IMG/VR virus record: IMGVR_UViG_3300037470_000258
Coordinates: 1-31,008 of that record
Reading direction: 5' to 3' (one strand)
DNA: 31,008 bases
DNA from: a virus
Taxonomy: Duplodnaviria > Caudoviricetes
This document shows, piece by piece, positions 16,592 through 24,971 of the stretch (positions within the stretch are counted from its first letter, which is position 1; the number at the start of each line of letters is the position of its first letter). The notes below the pieces were generated by a model. The model was given only the letters and a program-made list of their open reading frames with translations, was not told the origin of the DNA and ran no database searches. The position numbers and the translations under genes are program-made.

Positions 16592-17035
16592 ATGTCAGAA
16601 GAAACAACCACCGAACCGACAGAGAAGACCCCGGAGCAGAGCTTCGCCGAACTGCGCACGCAGCGAGATGACGCGTTGTCCGAGTTGCGTCCGTTCCGAG
16701 CTGAGAAGGCTGTTACGGAGGCAGGGTTCCCTCTCGACTCTCCTGAGGGGAAGGCGCTACGTGCGCTTGCTCTACGGGAGGATGGCGTGGATGCGGACAA
16801 GGTGAAGAACCTGGCTGAGGAGTTCGGGTTTGAAACCCCGGCACCGAAGGTCGAGCTCACGCCCAATGAGCGTGCAGCTCAGGAATTCGCCAACCGTCAG
16901 GCCGATCTGGGTTCTGTGACCACTTCTGACGAACCACCGGACGTGGCGACTGAGGTCGCCGAACTGGAAGCCGCCGGCAAATGGGCTGAGGCGGGGCAGA
17001 GGAAACTCCAACAGTTCATAGCGGCGAACCAGTAG
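16592..17035 (+). CDS. Capsid scaffolding protein
   Basis: Acidic helical 147-aa protein immediately upstream of the major capsid gene. SD GAAAGGA. Confidence 0.82.
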   Translation: MSEETTTEPTEKTPEQSFAELRTQRDDALSELRPFRAEKAVTEAGFPLDSPEGKALRALALREDGVDADKVKNLAEEFGFETPAPKVELTPNERAAQEFANRQADLGSVTTSDEPPDVATEVAELEAAGKWAEAGQRKLQQFIAANQ

Positions 17036-17066
17036 CCCTGGTGGTCTTGTAAAGGAGTAAGACCAA

Positions 17067-18017
17067 ATGGCCAATGTAAGTGGCCAGATCGACACGGTTA
17101 ACCTTGTTAACTTTGTCGGCGAACTGTTCAACCTGACCGGCCGGGACGCCCCGCTCAAAACCCTTGCGGCTGCGAACGGTGTCCGACGGGTCCAGTCGAA
17201 ACAGTTCACCTGGCAGACCACTGACAATGCGACGGCTGCTCAGCCGGACATTGCTGAAGGTCAAGACCCCACGTTCGCTGGGCGGGACCGTGCCGAAGTG
17301 TCGAACGTTGTCCAAATCTTCCAGTATGGCGTCGAAGTCGCCTACTCGAAGTTGGGGAATATCGGGATGCTCGGTTCTGGTGGTGAGACTGTCGCCACCC
17401 CCGCCATCTCAGTTCTTGGGGATCAGCCGGTCAGTAACGAGATCGAGTTCCAACAGGCGTTGAAACTGGACCGGTGTGCTGAGGACATGGAAGAGTCGTT
17501 CTTGAACGGCACGTTCGATAACCCGGATGACACTGTGACTGGTCGTAGGACCAGGGGTGTGTCGACGGCGATCACCACCAACAGTGTGTCGGCTGGTACG
17601 TCGGACCTTTCCAGGGACCACATCGACGAGCTGTTGAGGGATATGCACTCGAACCGTGCCCGGTTCGTCCGGCCCACCATCATGGGCGGGGCCATCCAAA
17701 TCCAACGGGTCAACGAGGCCTACGAGTTCGTCCCCAGGGACCGGACTGTCGGCGGTGCGAACATTCGTACCATCATCACCCCGTTCGGAGAACTGGACGT
17801 CGTGATAAACCGTCATGTGACCTCTACGGAGCTGCTGATCTTGGATCTTGCAGTTATCAAACCGGTTGTGATGCCGATCCCCGGTAAGGGTGAACTGTTC
17901 CTCGAGCCGGTGGCTCGGACTGGTGCCGCTGAGAAGTCCCAACTCTACGGTGAGTGGGGCGTCCAGTACGGCCCGGAGCAGTGGCACGGCAAAATCACTG
18001 CCCTGACCACATCCTGA
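17067..18017 (+). CDS. Major capsid protein (SU10/DUF5309-like)
   Basis: F.WQT, EG.D, N..QIF, ME..FL.G, R.TRG and C-terminal A.TG.AEK.Q.YGE.G.QY..E..HGKI motifs. 316 aa. Confidence 0.92.
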   Translation: MANVSGQIDTVNLVNFVGELFNLTGRDAPLKTLAAANGVRRVQSKQFTWQTTDNATAAQPDIAEGQDPTFAGRDRAEVSNVVQIFQYGVEVAYSKLGNIGMLGSGGETVATPAISVLGDQPVSNEIEFQQALKLDRCAEDMEESFLNGTFDNPDDTVTGRRTRGVSTAITTNSVSAGTSDLSRDHIDELLRDMHSNRARFVRPTIMGGAIQIQRVNEAYEFVPRDRTVGGANIRTIITPFGELDVVINRHVTSTELLILDLAVIKPVVMPIPGKGELFLEPVARTGAAEKSQLYGEWGVQYGPEQWHGKITALTTS

Positions 18018-18030
18018 TAGGAGGATTGAC

Positions 18031-18885
18031 ATGAGTGTTTCAAGCCTCCGAAGCCAGGATCTGGCCGGAATGGACCCGAAGTGGCGTCAAGCCCTACTTG
18101 GCGTGTCGGCGCATGGTGTGCTGATACCGCCGAACGGGAAACTCCACTTGGTGGATTCCGGTGGTCCGGACACGCTCATCCAAACCGCGGTTGATACTGC
18201 GGTTGAGGGTGATGTGATCCTGATCGCTCCTGGTGAATACGACGAGGACGTGACCGTTACCACTGGCCAGTTGACGCTGGTCGGTGCCGGTCCACGAGAT
18301 TCGGTGCGTATCACCGGAGTCGCCTTAGGCACGGCCACCGCGATGACGTTGAGCGCCGTGTCCGATGTTGGCCTGTACAACCTCAACCTTGAGGGTAGGT
18401 CTGGCGGTTCGGCTCTGGTCATGTCAGGCCAGATTCGACGGGTCCAGGTTGCAGGCTGCAAGCTGCATGCCGGTGATCAGGCCGTCCAGTTTGCTCCTGG
18501 TGCCGGAGGCCAGTTCGCTGACCTCCGTATCGAGGACTGCAACATCGCGAACTCGGCTATCGGGATCAGCGCCTTCTATTCGGGAAGCGACCCCGGGCAT
18601 AGAGTGTTCGTGCGGGGTTGCCTGTTCTCGAAGATCACTACGGACTGCATCGTTGAGAACGGTGTGACCCACGACTGGAACATCTACGACAACGTGTTCT
18701 CGACCGATGACGGCGTGGAGCCGACCCGGTATCTCGACATCAACACCGACGGTACGACCGGAGTGGTCGCCAACAACGTGTTCGGCCTGGCCGCACACTC
18801 GACAGGTGACCTGCTGATCGACGACACGGTCCTGTATGTCGGGAACTACACCGAGGAAGGCGTCAGCACGGGTCGACCGGACTGA
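18031..18885 (+). CDS. Right-handed beta-helix (pectate lyase-like) virion protein
   Basis: IQ.AVD.A..GDVI.IAPG.Y.E N-cap followed by beta-helix rungs. SD AGGAGG. Confidence 0.8.
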   Translation: MSVSSLRSQDLAGMDPKWRQALLGVSAHGVLIPPNGKLHLVDSGGPDTLIQTAVDTAVEGDVILIAPGEYDEDVTVTTGQLTLVGAGPRDSVRITGVALGTATAMTLSAVSDVGLYNLNLEGRSGGSALVMSGQIRRVQVAGCKLHAGDQAVQFAPGAGGQFADLRIEDCNIANSAIGISAFYSGSDPGHRVFVRGCLFSKITTDCIVENGVTHDWNIYDNVFSTDDGVEPTRYLDINTDGTTGVVANNVFGLAAHSTGDLLIDDTVLYVGNYTEEGVSTGRPD

Positions 18886-18891
18886 TCGGAT

Positions 18892-18919
18892 GGAGGGGAA
18901 TCTTTCGGGGTTCCCCTCC
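18892..18919 (+). terminator. 12-bp hairpin with UUCG loop (attenuator or mRNA-stabilising element)
   Basis: GGAGGGGAATCT-TTCG-GGGTTCCCCTCC. No U-tract. Confidence 0.7.
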
Positions 18920-18935
18920 CACCTAAGGAGTGTGA

Positions 18936-19289
18936 ATGGCTTTCGACGAAACATATGAGGCTGGCGGCTTCAAATGGGGTGTCTCCGTATTCGACGGAGC
19001 CCAAACCAACGCGGTCCTGGTGGCCGCACCCGGAGCAGGCAAGTTCATCCAAGTCGTCCGCGCCTACGTGTCGAAAGAAACCGCCGGCGAAATCCGTTTG
19101 GAAGACGAAGACGACAACCTGGTAGCAGGCTGGGCGTTGGCTTCCGGCGGGTCCGGACATTTCGAAGTACCCGGCGACCCTCGCGCTCTCGTCGGTGTGA
19201 AACTGCCAGCGAACAAAGCTTTGGAAGTGGACACGACGGCAGACGACGCGGCGTTCGTCAACGTCCTCTACCGGATCGTCACCAGATAG
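18936..19289 (+). CDS. Small beta-rich virion protein
   Basis: SD AAGGAG. 117 aa, within the structural operon. Confidence 0.8.
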   Translation: MAFDETYEAGGFKWGVSVFDGAQTNAVLVAAPGAGKFIQVVRAYVSKETAGEIRLEDEDDNLVAGWALASGGSGHFEVPGDPRALVGVKLPANKALEVDTTADDAAFVNVLYRIVTR

Positions 19290-19298
19290 GAGTCTTGA

Positions 19299-19721
19299 AT
19301 GGCCGAAACCGTGTACAACGTCTACAAGAAACAACTGGCCGACGGCGACGAGGATTGGCCCAACGGCGACTACCGCGCCGCTCTGCTTGTTGGTTCGGTG
19401 ACAATCGACCCCGACGATGCGACCGTTGCTGCGGTGATCGCCGCGAACACGGAAGCCTCTGATGGGTCTTACGCCCGTCAGGCGCTCGGAACGCAGACGA
19501 ACACTCAGGACGACGCCAACGACCGTGCCAACTTGGACGCTGCAACCATCGATTTCGGTGCGCTCGACAATGAGACTCCGACAGCGATGCTGATTTTCCG
19601 TCAGGTGACCACCGATTCCGATTCGATCCCTGTAGCTGTCTACGACTCGAACTTCGGTGCTGCCGCGAACGGCGCCGGGTACACGGTCACAACCCCCAAC
19701 GACCTGCTCCGCATCTCCTGA
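19299..19721 (+). CDS. Minor structural protein, 140 aa
   Basis: SD AGGAG. Acidic beta-rich pattern (VYN..K..L...DW...Y.R..L...D..NDRA.LD) common in phage fibre-associated genes. Confidence 0.8.
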   Translation: MAETVYNVYKKQLADGDEDWPNGDYRAALLVGSVTIDPDDATVAAVIAANTEASDGSYARQALGTQTNTQDDANDRANLDAATIDFGALDNETPTAMLIFRQVTTDSDSIPVAVYDSNFGAAANGAGYTVTTPNDLLRIS

Positions 19722-19972
19722 CCTGCCACGGCAACGGCCCCGACCACTGCTGCTGGTGGGAAGGGAAGGTCTGCGGTTTCCTCGAGGAGAACACTGTCCC
19801 CGGGCGGAGGTGGGTGTGCGGCCTTCGACGGGAACTGGGGTCGTGGGACAAGGTTCATGCTGACAGTCGGTACCTGACCCTGATAAGACCTGAGTGGGAG
19901 AAGCTCAACCCGACACTGAACTGTGGTACCTGGGGGCCGGGCACGGGCCAATGCTGCTTTAAGGAGGGCTGA
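19718..19972 (+). CDS. Cys-rich 84-aa protein with apparent CTG start (missed by the ORF track)
   Basis: (M)TCHGNGPDHCCWWEGKVCGFLEENTVPGRRWVCGLRRELGSWDKVHADSRYLTLIRPEWEKLNPTLNCGTWGPGTGQCCFKEG*. Fills the gap exactly, with a CTGA overlap at the 5' end and TGATG at the 3' end. Confidence 0.85.
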   Translation: MTCHGNGPDHCCWWEGKVCGFLEENTVPGRRWVCGLRRELGSWDKVHADSRYLTLIRPEWEKLNPTLNCGTWGPGTGQCCFKEG

Positions 19973-21339
19973 TGGCCACCTGGATCAGACAGAACACCAA
20001 CCAGGTCCAGTCGGCTGACGCGGACCTGGCCGGTGCTCTCGACCTCGACAACGGTACCGCTCCGGGCGATTTCGACCCGGCGGGCGTGAACAGTGTCCGC
20101 TTCCAACTTTCTGTTACTGGTGCAGGGTTCAACGACGACAGGTGGACGGCTTTACGGCGTGCGTCGCTGTCCACTCCCGGCGCAGCGCCCAACCCGGACA
20201 CGGTGCTTGCAACTGTTGACGACTCGGACGTGTCGGGGTTGGCGAACACTTTCAACGCGTTTGACCTGACCGACTCGGCCCCTGACGGCACTGTGACTGC
20301 TGCGGACTGGGAGCAGGCCGACGTGGTTGGGATCGGGACTGCGGGAGCGGCGGCCTGGGCCACCTACCAGAAGACCAAAGGCGCGGACGGGGCGACACTG
20401 ACCATCGGGGTTGGGGACCTGACCGTCACCATCGACTACGAACCGGCAGGCGCAGCCCCGGTCGCAGTCCAGGCCGTTCCAGCACCGCTCACTGTCGCCG
20501 CCCAGGCCCTTTCGGTGGTTGTTGCAGCCATCGCCATCACCGCAGCCCCGGCGCTAGCCACAGTCTCCGCTCAACAGGTTTCCCCACAACCCGCCCCCGC
20601 AGTAGTCGAAGCGGTTTCTGCGCCGGTCACGGTGGACGCCCAGGCAGTCACCCCGGTTTCGGGGCCGCTGGCTGTCGAAGCATCCCCGGCGAGTCTCACA
20701 GTAACGGCTCAGGCGGTGGTCCCATCTACCGGCGGGTCGCCGGTCACGATCACCGCGACCCCGGCGGAACTCGCAGTAACCGCTCAGGCCCTCACACCAA
20801 CGGTCGCACCGACCACCGTTCAAGTGTCGCCCGCCCCGGTCACAGTCTCCGCCCAACCAGTCACCCCGCAGCAAGCGTCCCTGGCTGTTCAAGCGAGTCC
20901 AGCACCCGTCGTTGTTGAAGCTCAACCGGTCGTTCCGACACAGGCATTCCTAACGATTGAAGCGGCTCCCGCAGCGTTGACCGTCCAGGCGCAGGCGGTG
21001 ACACCGGAAACCGTCGGGGAACCGACCGCCATCACAGCAGTTCCGGTTTCGTTGACAGTAGAAGTACAAGCCGTCACTATCGTCCGTGCCCCTGTCACTG
21101 TCGAAGCGGTAGCAGCCCCCACAACGGTCACAGCGCAGGCGGTGGTACCACAACAGGCCCCGCTTGCTGTTCCCGCGGTTCCGGCGACCGTCACGGTTTC
21201 GGCGCAGCCCGTCACCCCGGAGAGCCCAGACCTTTACCCGATGCTCGCAGTCGGCTACACGGATCCGCCGGTCGCTGAGGGGAACACTGTCGAACCGGGC
21301 GGGAAAGGAAGACATTATGAGTCATTTACCACTCAATAA
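19972..21339 (+). CDS. Fibre-like virion protein with about 11 Ala/Val/Pro/Thr-rich repeats
   Basis: N-terminal beta domain, then repeats of consensus V.A.PA.(L/V)TV.AQ.V.P with about 23-25 aa period. Confidence 0.8.
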   Translation: MATWIRQNTNQVQSADADLAGALDLDNGTAPGDFDPAGVNSVRFQLSVTGAGFNDDRWTALRRASLSTPGAAPNPDTVLATVDDSDVSGLANTFNAFDLTDSAPDGTVTAADWEQADVVGIGTAGAAAWATYQKTKGADGATLTIGVGDLTVTIDYEPAGAAPVAVQAVPAPLTVAAQALSVVVAAIAITAAPALATVSAQQVSPQPAPAVVEAVSAPVTVDAQAVTPVSGPLAVEASPASLTVTAQAVVPSTGGSPVTITATPAELAVTAQALTPTVAPTTVQVSPAPVTVSAQPVTPQQASLAVQASPAPVVVEAQPVVPTQAFLTIEAAPAALTVQAQAVTPETVGEPTAITAVPVSLTVEVQAVTIVRAPVTVEAVAAPTTVTAQAVVPQQAPLAVPAVPATVTVSAQPVTPESPDLYPMLAVGYTDPPVAEGNTVEPGGKGRHYESFTTQ

Positions 21340-21634
21340 GAACCACTGGTTCACCGCGTCGCCGTTCACACTGGCCGTGACCGTCCACGACACACCGTCA
21401 GCCGACCTGTCCACTATGGAATGGCGGATCGACGGGAAAGTCGCTGTCACCACCGGTATCACCGCAGCGGACAACGCCGACGGTGAAGCGGTCGTTTCTG
21501 TTCCTGTCACCGCCGGAGACATGTCCAGTGTTGCTGCCGGGGTGCACCGGTGGCAGCTCCAAGCGTCAGTGTCGGGTTCAGGCCCCCGTGTTATCGCCCA
21601 CGGCGACCTGATGCTCGACCCCCTAGCCACCTAA
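21317..21634 (+). CDS. Small Ig-like/BppU-like structural protein, 105 aa
   Basis: ATG 21317 after SD GAAAGGA. DLS...W...G...V.V...D.....G.H.WQL.......I..G.L pattern. Confidence 0.7.
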   Translation: MSHLPLNKNHWFTASPFTLAVTVHDTPSADLSTMEWRIDGKVAVTTGITAADNADGEAVVSVPVTAGDMSSVAAGVHRWQLQASVSGSGPRVIAHGDLMLDPLAT

Positions 21635-21644
21635 AGGAGGAGAC

Positions 21645-22544
21645 ATGACAGATGTTGCCAGTGTGATCGACCGGATTCACAGGGATTTCCTTTCGCCGCC
21701 CGGGGAGCAGCCGTCACGGTTCACCGTGGACACCGGAGGTATCAGTGATTCGGCTACAAGCTTGCCGGTGGACCCGGCGCTCCTCAACCCCGAGGAGGAG
21801 GATCTGATCGGTGCGGGTTCGCTGATAGAAGTCGAATCCGAACTGATGCTGGTAGAAGCAGTGACAGGCGACCCGCCGACGGCTCTCACAGTACGACGAG
21901 CCATGTACGGAACCACCGCCGCCGCCCACGTTGCCGACACTTTCGTTTACCTGACCGACGAAAACTACGTGCCTAGACACTCTATTTTCACAGCTGTCGC
22001 CGACACCATCGAAAGCCTGTGGCCGGACCTGTGGACTGTCGGGGTGGAGGAAACGTTCGCCGATAGAAGCGCTATAGAACTTCCTGCCACCGCCGGGGAA
22101 ATCCTGGACATGCTCGTCCTCCAGGGCTCCAGGTGGGGTCGGCAGGGTTCTTGGGACGAACTCCAGGATTTCCCGCTCTCCTCCACGGGCAACGCTTTCC
22201 AAGCCGTCGGTGTACCGTCGAACGCGTCTCTCCAGGTGTATTATAAAAAGAAGACGACCCGTCCCGCCGCCGAAACCGACACTCTCGCATCGTTGGGTGT
22301 GGAGACGGGCTGGGTGAAACTTCTCGTTGTTCAAGCCGTCGCACAACTCGTCTCACGGGCGGATCTCAGTAAGGCGACCGTCGATTTCATCACCCAGGCC
22401 CTCGAAGCCGAGGCCGGCGGGCCTGTCGGAAGCGGTGCGGACATTCGGAACGCGTTGGTGCAGTTCGCCGAATTCCAGTTGCAACCCCTCAAAAGGCAGT
22501 TGCAGTTGAAACAGCACGACCGGCTCATCATCGAAGCCTACTAA
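21645..22544 (+). CDS. Head-tail adaptor / tail tubular A-like protein
   Basis: Helical ends with an inserted E.MLV....LTVRRA..GTTAAAH beta domain. Position before the nozzle-like gene. Confidence 0.65.
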   Translation: MTDVASVIDRIHRDFLSPPGEQPSRFTVDTGGISDSATSLPVDPALLNPEEEDLIGAGSLIEVESELMLVEAVTGDPPTALTVRRAMYGTTAAAHVADTFVYLTDENYVPRHSIFTAVADTIESLWPDLWTVGVEETFADRSAIELPATAGEILDMLVLQGSRWGRQGSWDELQDFPLSSTGNAFQAVGVPSNASLQVYYKKKTTRPAAETDTLASLGVETGWVKLLVVQAVAQLVSRADLSKATVDFITQALEAEAGGPVGSGADIRNALVQFAEFQLQPLKRQLQLKQHDRLIIEAY

Positions 22545-22557
22545 AAAGGGGGGCATT

Positions 22558-24444
22558 TTGGGACTCCCAACCGAGGCGAACGTGTCGCGGCCTGTGGCTG
22601 CGGGATACCATTTCCTTATCGAATACGGCACCACCGACGCCGAATCGTTATACCTGCGTGGTGCTGTCGGACCGGGCCGGGAGTTCCGGTTGCAGACCGT
22701 CACCCCCGAACAAGGACCGGACACCTCATCCAACCCCGAAGACATGCGGGGAGAAACCGGCAAACCGTTCTCGAGGTCCAGTTTCACTGGTGGGGAAGGA
22801 TTGGACCGGGCGCACCGGAGGGACGGGACCGACCGGGACTGGGCCCGGTTTTGGGATTCCCGCAACGTGAACGTCACTCCGGGTAGGGCGGGGAACCCCG
22901 ACGAAGTGACCCTGCTTCATTCGGTGACGAAATTACGCAACGACGACGCGGGTAATAGCCGGATGCCTCTGGTCAACATCGGCAACGTCCTCTACATGTG
23001 CTGTGGCAACGACAACGTGGTAGACCGGACAGCGGACCCGACCGCCGCGACTCCGACGTTCAGCACCGAAGACCCCCACGATTCGGAGGGTGATCAGGAC
23101 ATTCTGGATTTGGCCGCTTTGGGTAACCAGTTGCATGTGGCTTTAGGGTCGCAGGGGATCCACCAGCGGGCTACGGGCGCGGCCACCTGGACGCATTGGT
23201 CGGATGTTGCCGCGGTGAGGATTTGGGCGGCGAAAGGACGCATCCTCGCATCCACCGGCGCAGCACTCTACCAGGCTGGTTCTCTCGCCACTTCGACCCT
23301 ACTGAAAACCCTTCCTTCCGGTCAAACTTGGTCGGACGTTGTTGATGCTGGTGTGGCGATCCTGGCGGGGGCGTCGAACGGTGAAATAACCGCGTTCGTC
23401 GACGAGGACGGGGAGCTCGCGGAGCGTGCCACCTTCAAGTTCGAGGGGGAGCAGATCACCGCGTTGGGTTTCGGACAAGGTTTCGTCTTTGTCGGGACCG
23501 GCGAACCGACCACTGGTGGCGGGCAGGTCGGCCGGTTGTGGCGCAGCCAGATCATCGGACTCAGATTCCAAGGCAGCCAGGTCATTAGGGAGTGGGGGGA
23601 CGGTTCGACAACCATCAACCGGGCTCCGCAACGGATCATCTCCACCAGGGAAGCCGTCTACACCGGGGTTATCGATTCGTCCACCGAATCCCACTTGTGG
23701 AAATACCATTTGACAACGGGTGGTATCACCAGGGATTTAATCCTCAACGACGGGCTTGTCCAGGGGCTCACGGTGGTGGACGACCGCCTGTTCGCGACTG
23801 TGTTTGTTGACGGGTTGTGGCGGGAGGACACCACCTACGCCGCCACCGGATATCTGATATCCCCGTTAGCAGATTTTTTCAACGCCGCCAAGAAAACTTG
23901 GGTGGGTGCACGGTTAACGACGGGGGACATGGCCACCGGCACCGACCTGGTGTTGGCGTATTCGACGGACCCGGACGCGATCACGGATTCGGGCCATGCT
24001 TCGTGGACGACGATCATTTCGTCGGACGAAACCTCCGAAGGGGACCTGGGGGAAACCGCTATTACGGGGGTCGAATCCCGGTATATCACCGCCAAACTCA
24101 CATTGACCCCCAACGGGGCGGCCACCGCCTCCCCTGTCGCTTTGGCTTTCGCGTTCAGAGGGCTTCCCCTACCCACCGAGGAGGATTACGCAATCCCGAT
24201 CAACGTCAGCGACCGTCTGGAAATACCAGGCAGGAAAGCGTTGACGGTCCCGGGGATAGGTCATGCGGTCATCGACCAGCTCCACGCGATCAAAGGGAAG
24301 GCTGTCACGTTGACGGTTCTTAGGGACGACGAGCAGGTGGTCGGACAGTTGCGTTCTATCGGAACACCGTACACCGAGGTCGCGCCGGAAGGTTCGTTAG
24401 GCACCTACAGCCAGGTGATTGTACGCGGGGTGAGGCAGCCATGA
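22558..24444 (+). CDS. Tail nozzle / tubular B-like beta-propeller protein
   Basis: TTG start. SF.GG.G..., R.WDS.NV.V N-terminus and repeated beta-blade-like segments. 628 aa. Confidence 0.7.
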   Translation: MGLPTEANVSRPVAAGYHFLIEYGTTDAESLYLRGAVGPGREFRLQTVTPEQGPDTSSNPEDMRGETGKPFSRSSFTGGEGLDRAHRRDGTDRDWARFWDSRNVNVTPGRAGNPDEVTLLHSVTKLRNDDAGNSRMPLVNIGNVLYMCCGNDNVVDRTADPTAATPTFSTEDPHDSEGDQDILDLAALGNQLHVALGSQGIHQRATGAATWTHWSDVAAVRIWAAKGRILASTGAALYQAGSLATSTLLKTLPSGQTWSDVVDAGVAILAGASNGEITAFVDEDGELAERATFKFEGEQITALGFGQGFVFVGTGEPTTGGGQVGRLWRSQIIGLRFQGSQVIREWGDGSTTINRAPQRIISTREAVYTGVIDSSTESHLWKYHLTTGGITRDLILNDGLVQGLTVVDDRLFATVFVDGLWREDTTYAATGYLISPLADFFNAAKKTWVGARLTTGDMATGTDLVLAYSTDPDAITDSGHASWTTIISSDETSEGDLGETAITGVESRYITAKLTLTPNGAATASPVALAFAFRGLPLPTEEDYAIPINVSDRLEIPGRKALTVPGIGHAVIDQLHAIKGKAVTLTVLRDDEQVVGQLRSIGTPYTEVAPEGSLGTYSQVIVRGVRQP

Positions 24445-24971
24445 GAATCTGTTCTGTTGAGGACTGCTTCGAACGTCACCGGGCACGCGGGTTCTGCGAT
24501 GTCCACTATCAACGATGGCGGCGGGGCGAAGGCGCTTCTGTCCCCAAGCGACAGCTAGATCGGGGCGTCCCACTCGAGCAGCGCCTTCTGAACCGCCGCC
24601 AGATAACTCCTGACGGCTGCTGGCTCTGGACGGGGAGTACGGCCATCAAGGGATACGGCGATATCAAGGTTGACGGACGAACCGCCTTTGTCCACCGCCT
24701 TGCATATCGCATTTGGGTCGGGCCGATTCCTAAAGGCCTAACCATTGACCACCTCTGCCGCACCAGACCTTGCTTCAACCCCGAACACCTGGAGGCGGTC
24801 ACGCAGAGGACCAACACCCTGCGGGGCACGGGGCCGTCGGCTAAAAACGCCCGGAAGACCCGATGCCCTCAAGGACACAAATACTCCGGCACGAACTCGC
24901 AGGGAACACGTATCTGCCATAAGTGCATAGCGGCGAATCAGCGCCGCTACCGAGAGGAGGCGCGCCAGTGA
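24441..24971 (+). CDS. HNH homing endonuclease
   Basis: CSVEDC....ARG.C..HY, CWLW.G...GYG, VHRLAY, IDHLC..R.C.NP.HLEAVT...N..RG and CP.GH motifs. 4-nt overlaps at both ends. Confidence 0.93.
   Translation: MRICSVEDCFERHRARGFCDVHYQRWRRGEGASVPKRQLDRGVPLEQRLLNRRQITPDGCWLWTGSTAIKGYGDIKVDGRTAFVHRLAYRIWVGPIPKGLTIDHLCRTRPCFNPEHLEAVTQRTNTLRGTGPSAKNARKTRCPQGHKYSGTNSQGTRICHKCIAANQRRYREEARQ

Noticed and set aside
15774-16805. ORFs 15774..16544 (-) and 16365..16805 (+)
   Set aside because: They overlap the endonuclease and scaffold genes in other frames, have no SD or motifs, and the intergenic part is better explained as promoter plus structured leader.
19719-19877. In-frame TGA readthrough of the 140-aa gene
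   Set aside because: The read-through frame gives a low-complexity sequence that stops about 95 nt before the next gene. The -1 frame is far more protein-like.
19722-19971. Possible ncRNA or hammerhead ribozyme (CTGATAAG, several hairpins) in the ORF-track gap
   Set aside because: No complete CUGANGA/GAAA core, and the gap is fully explained by a protein-like 84-codon frame coupled at both ends.
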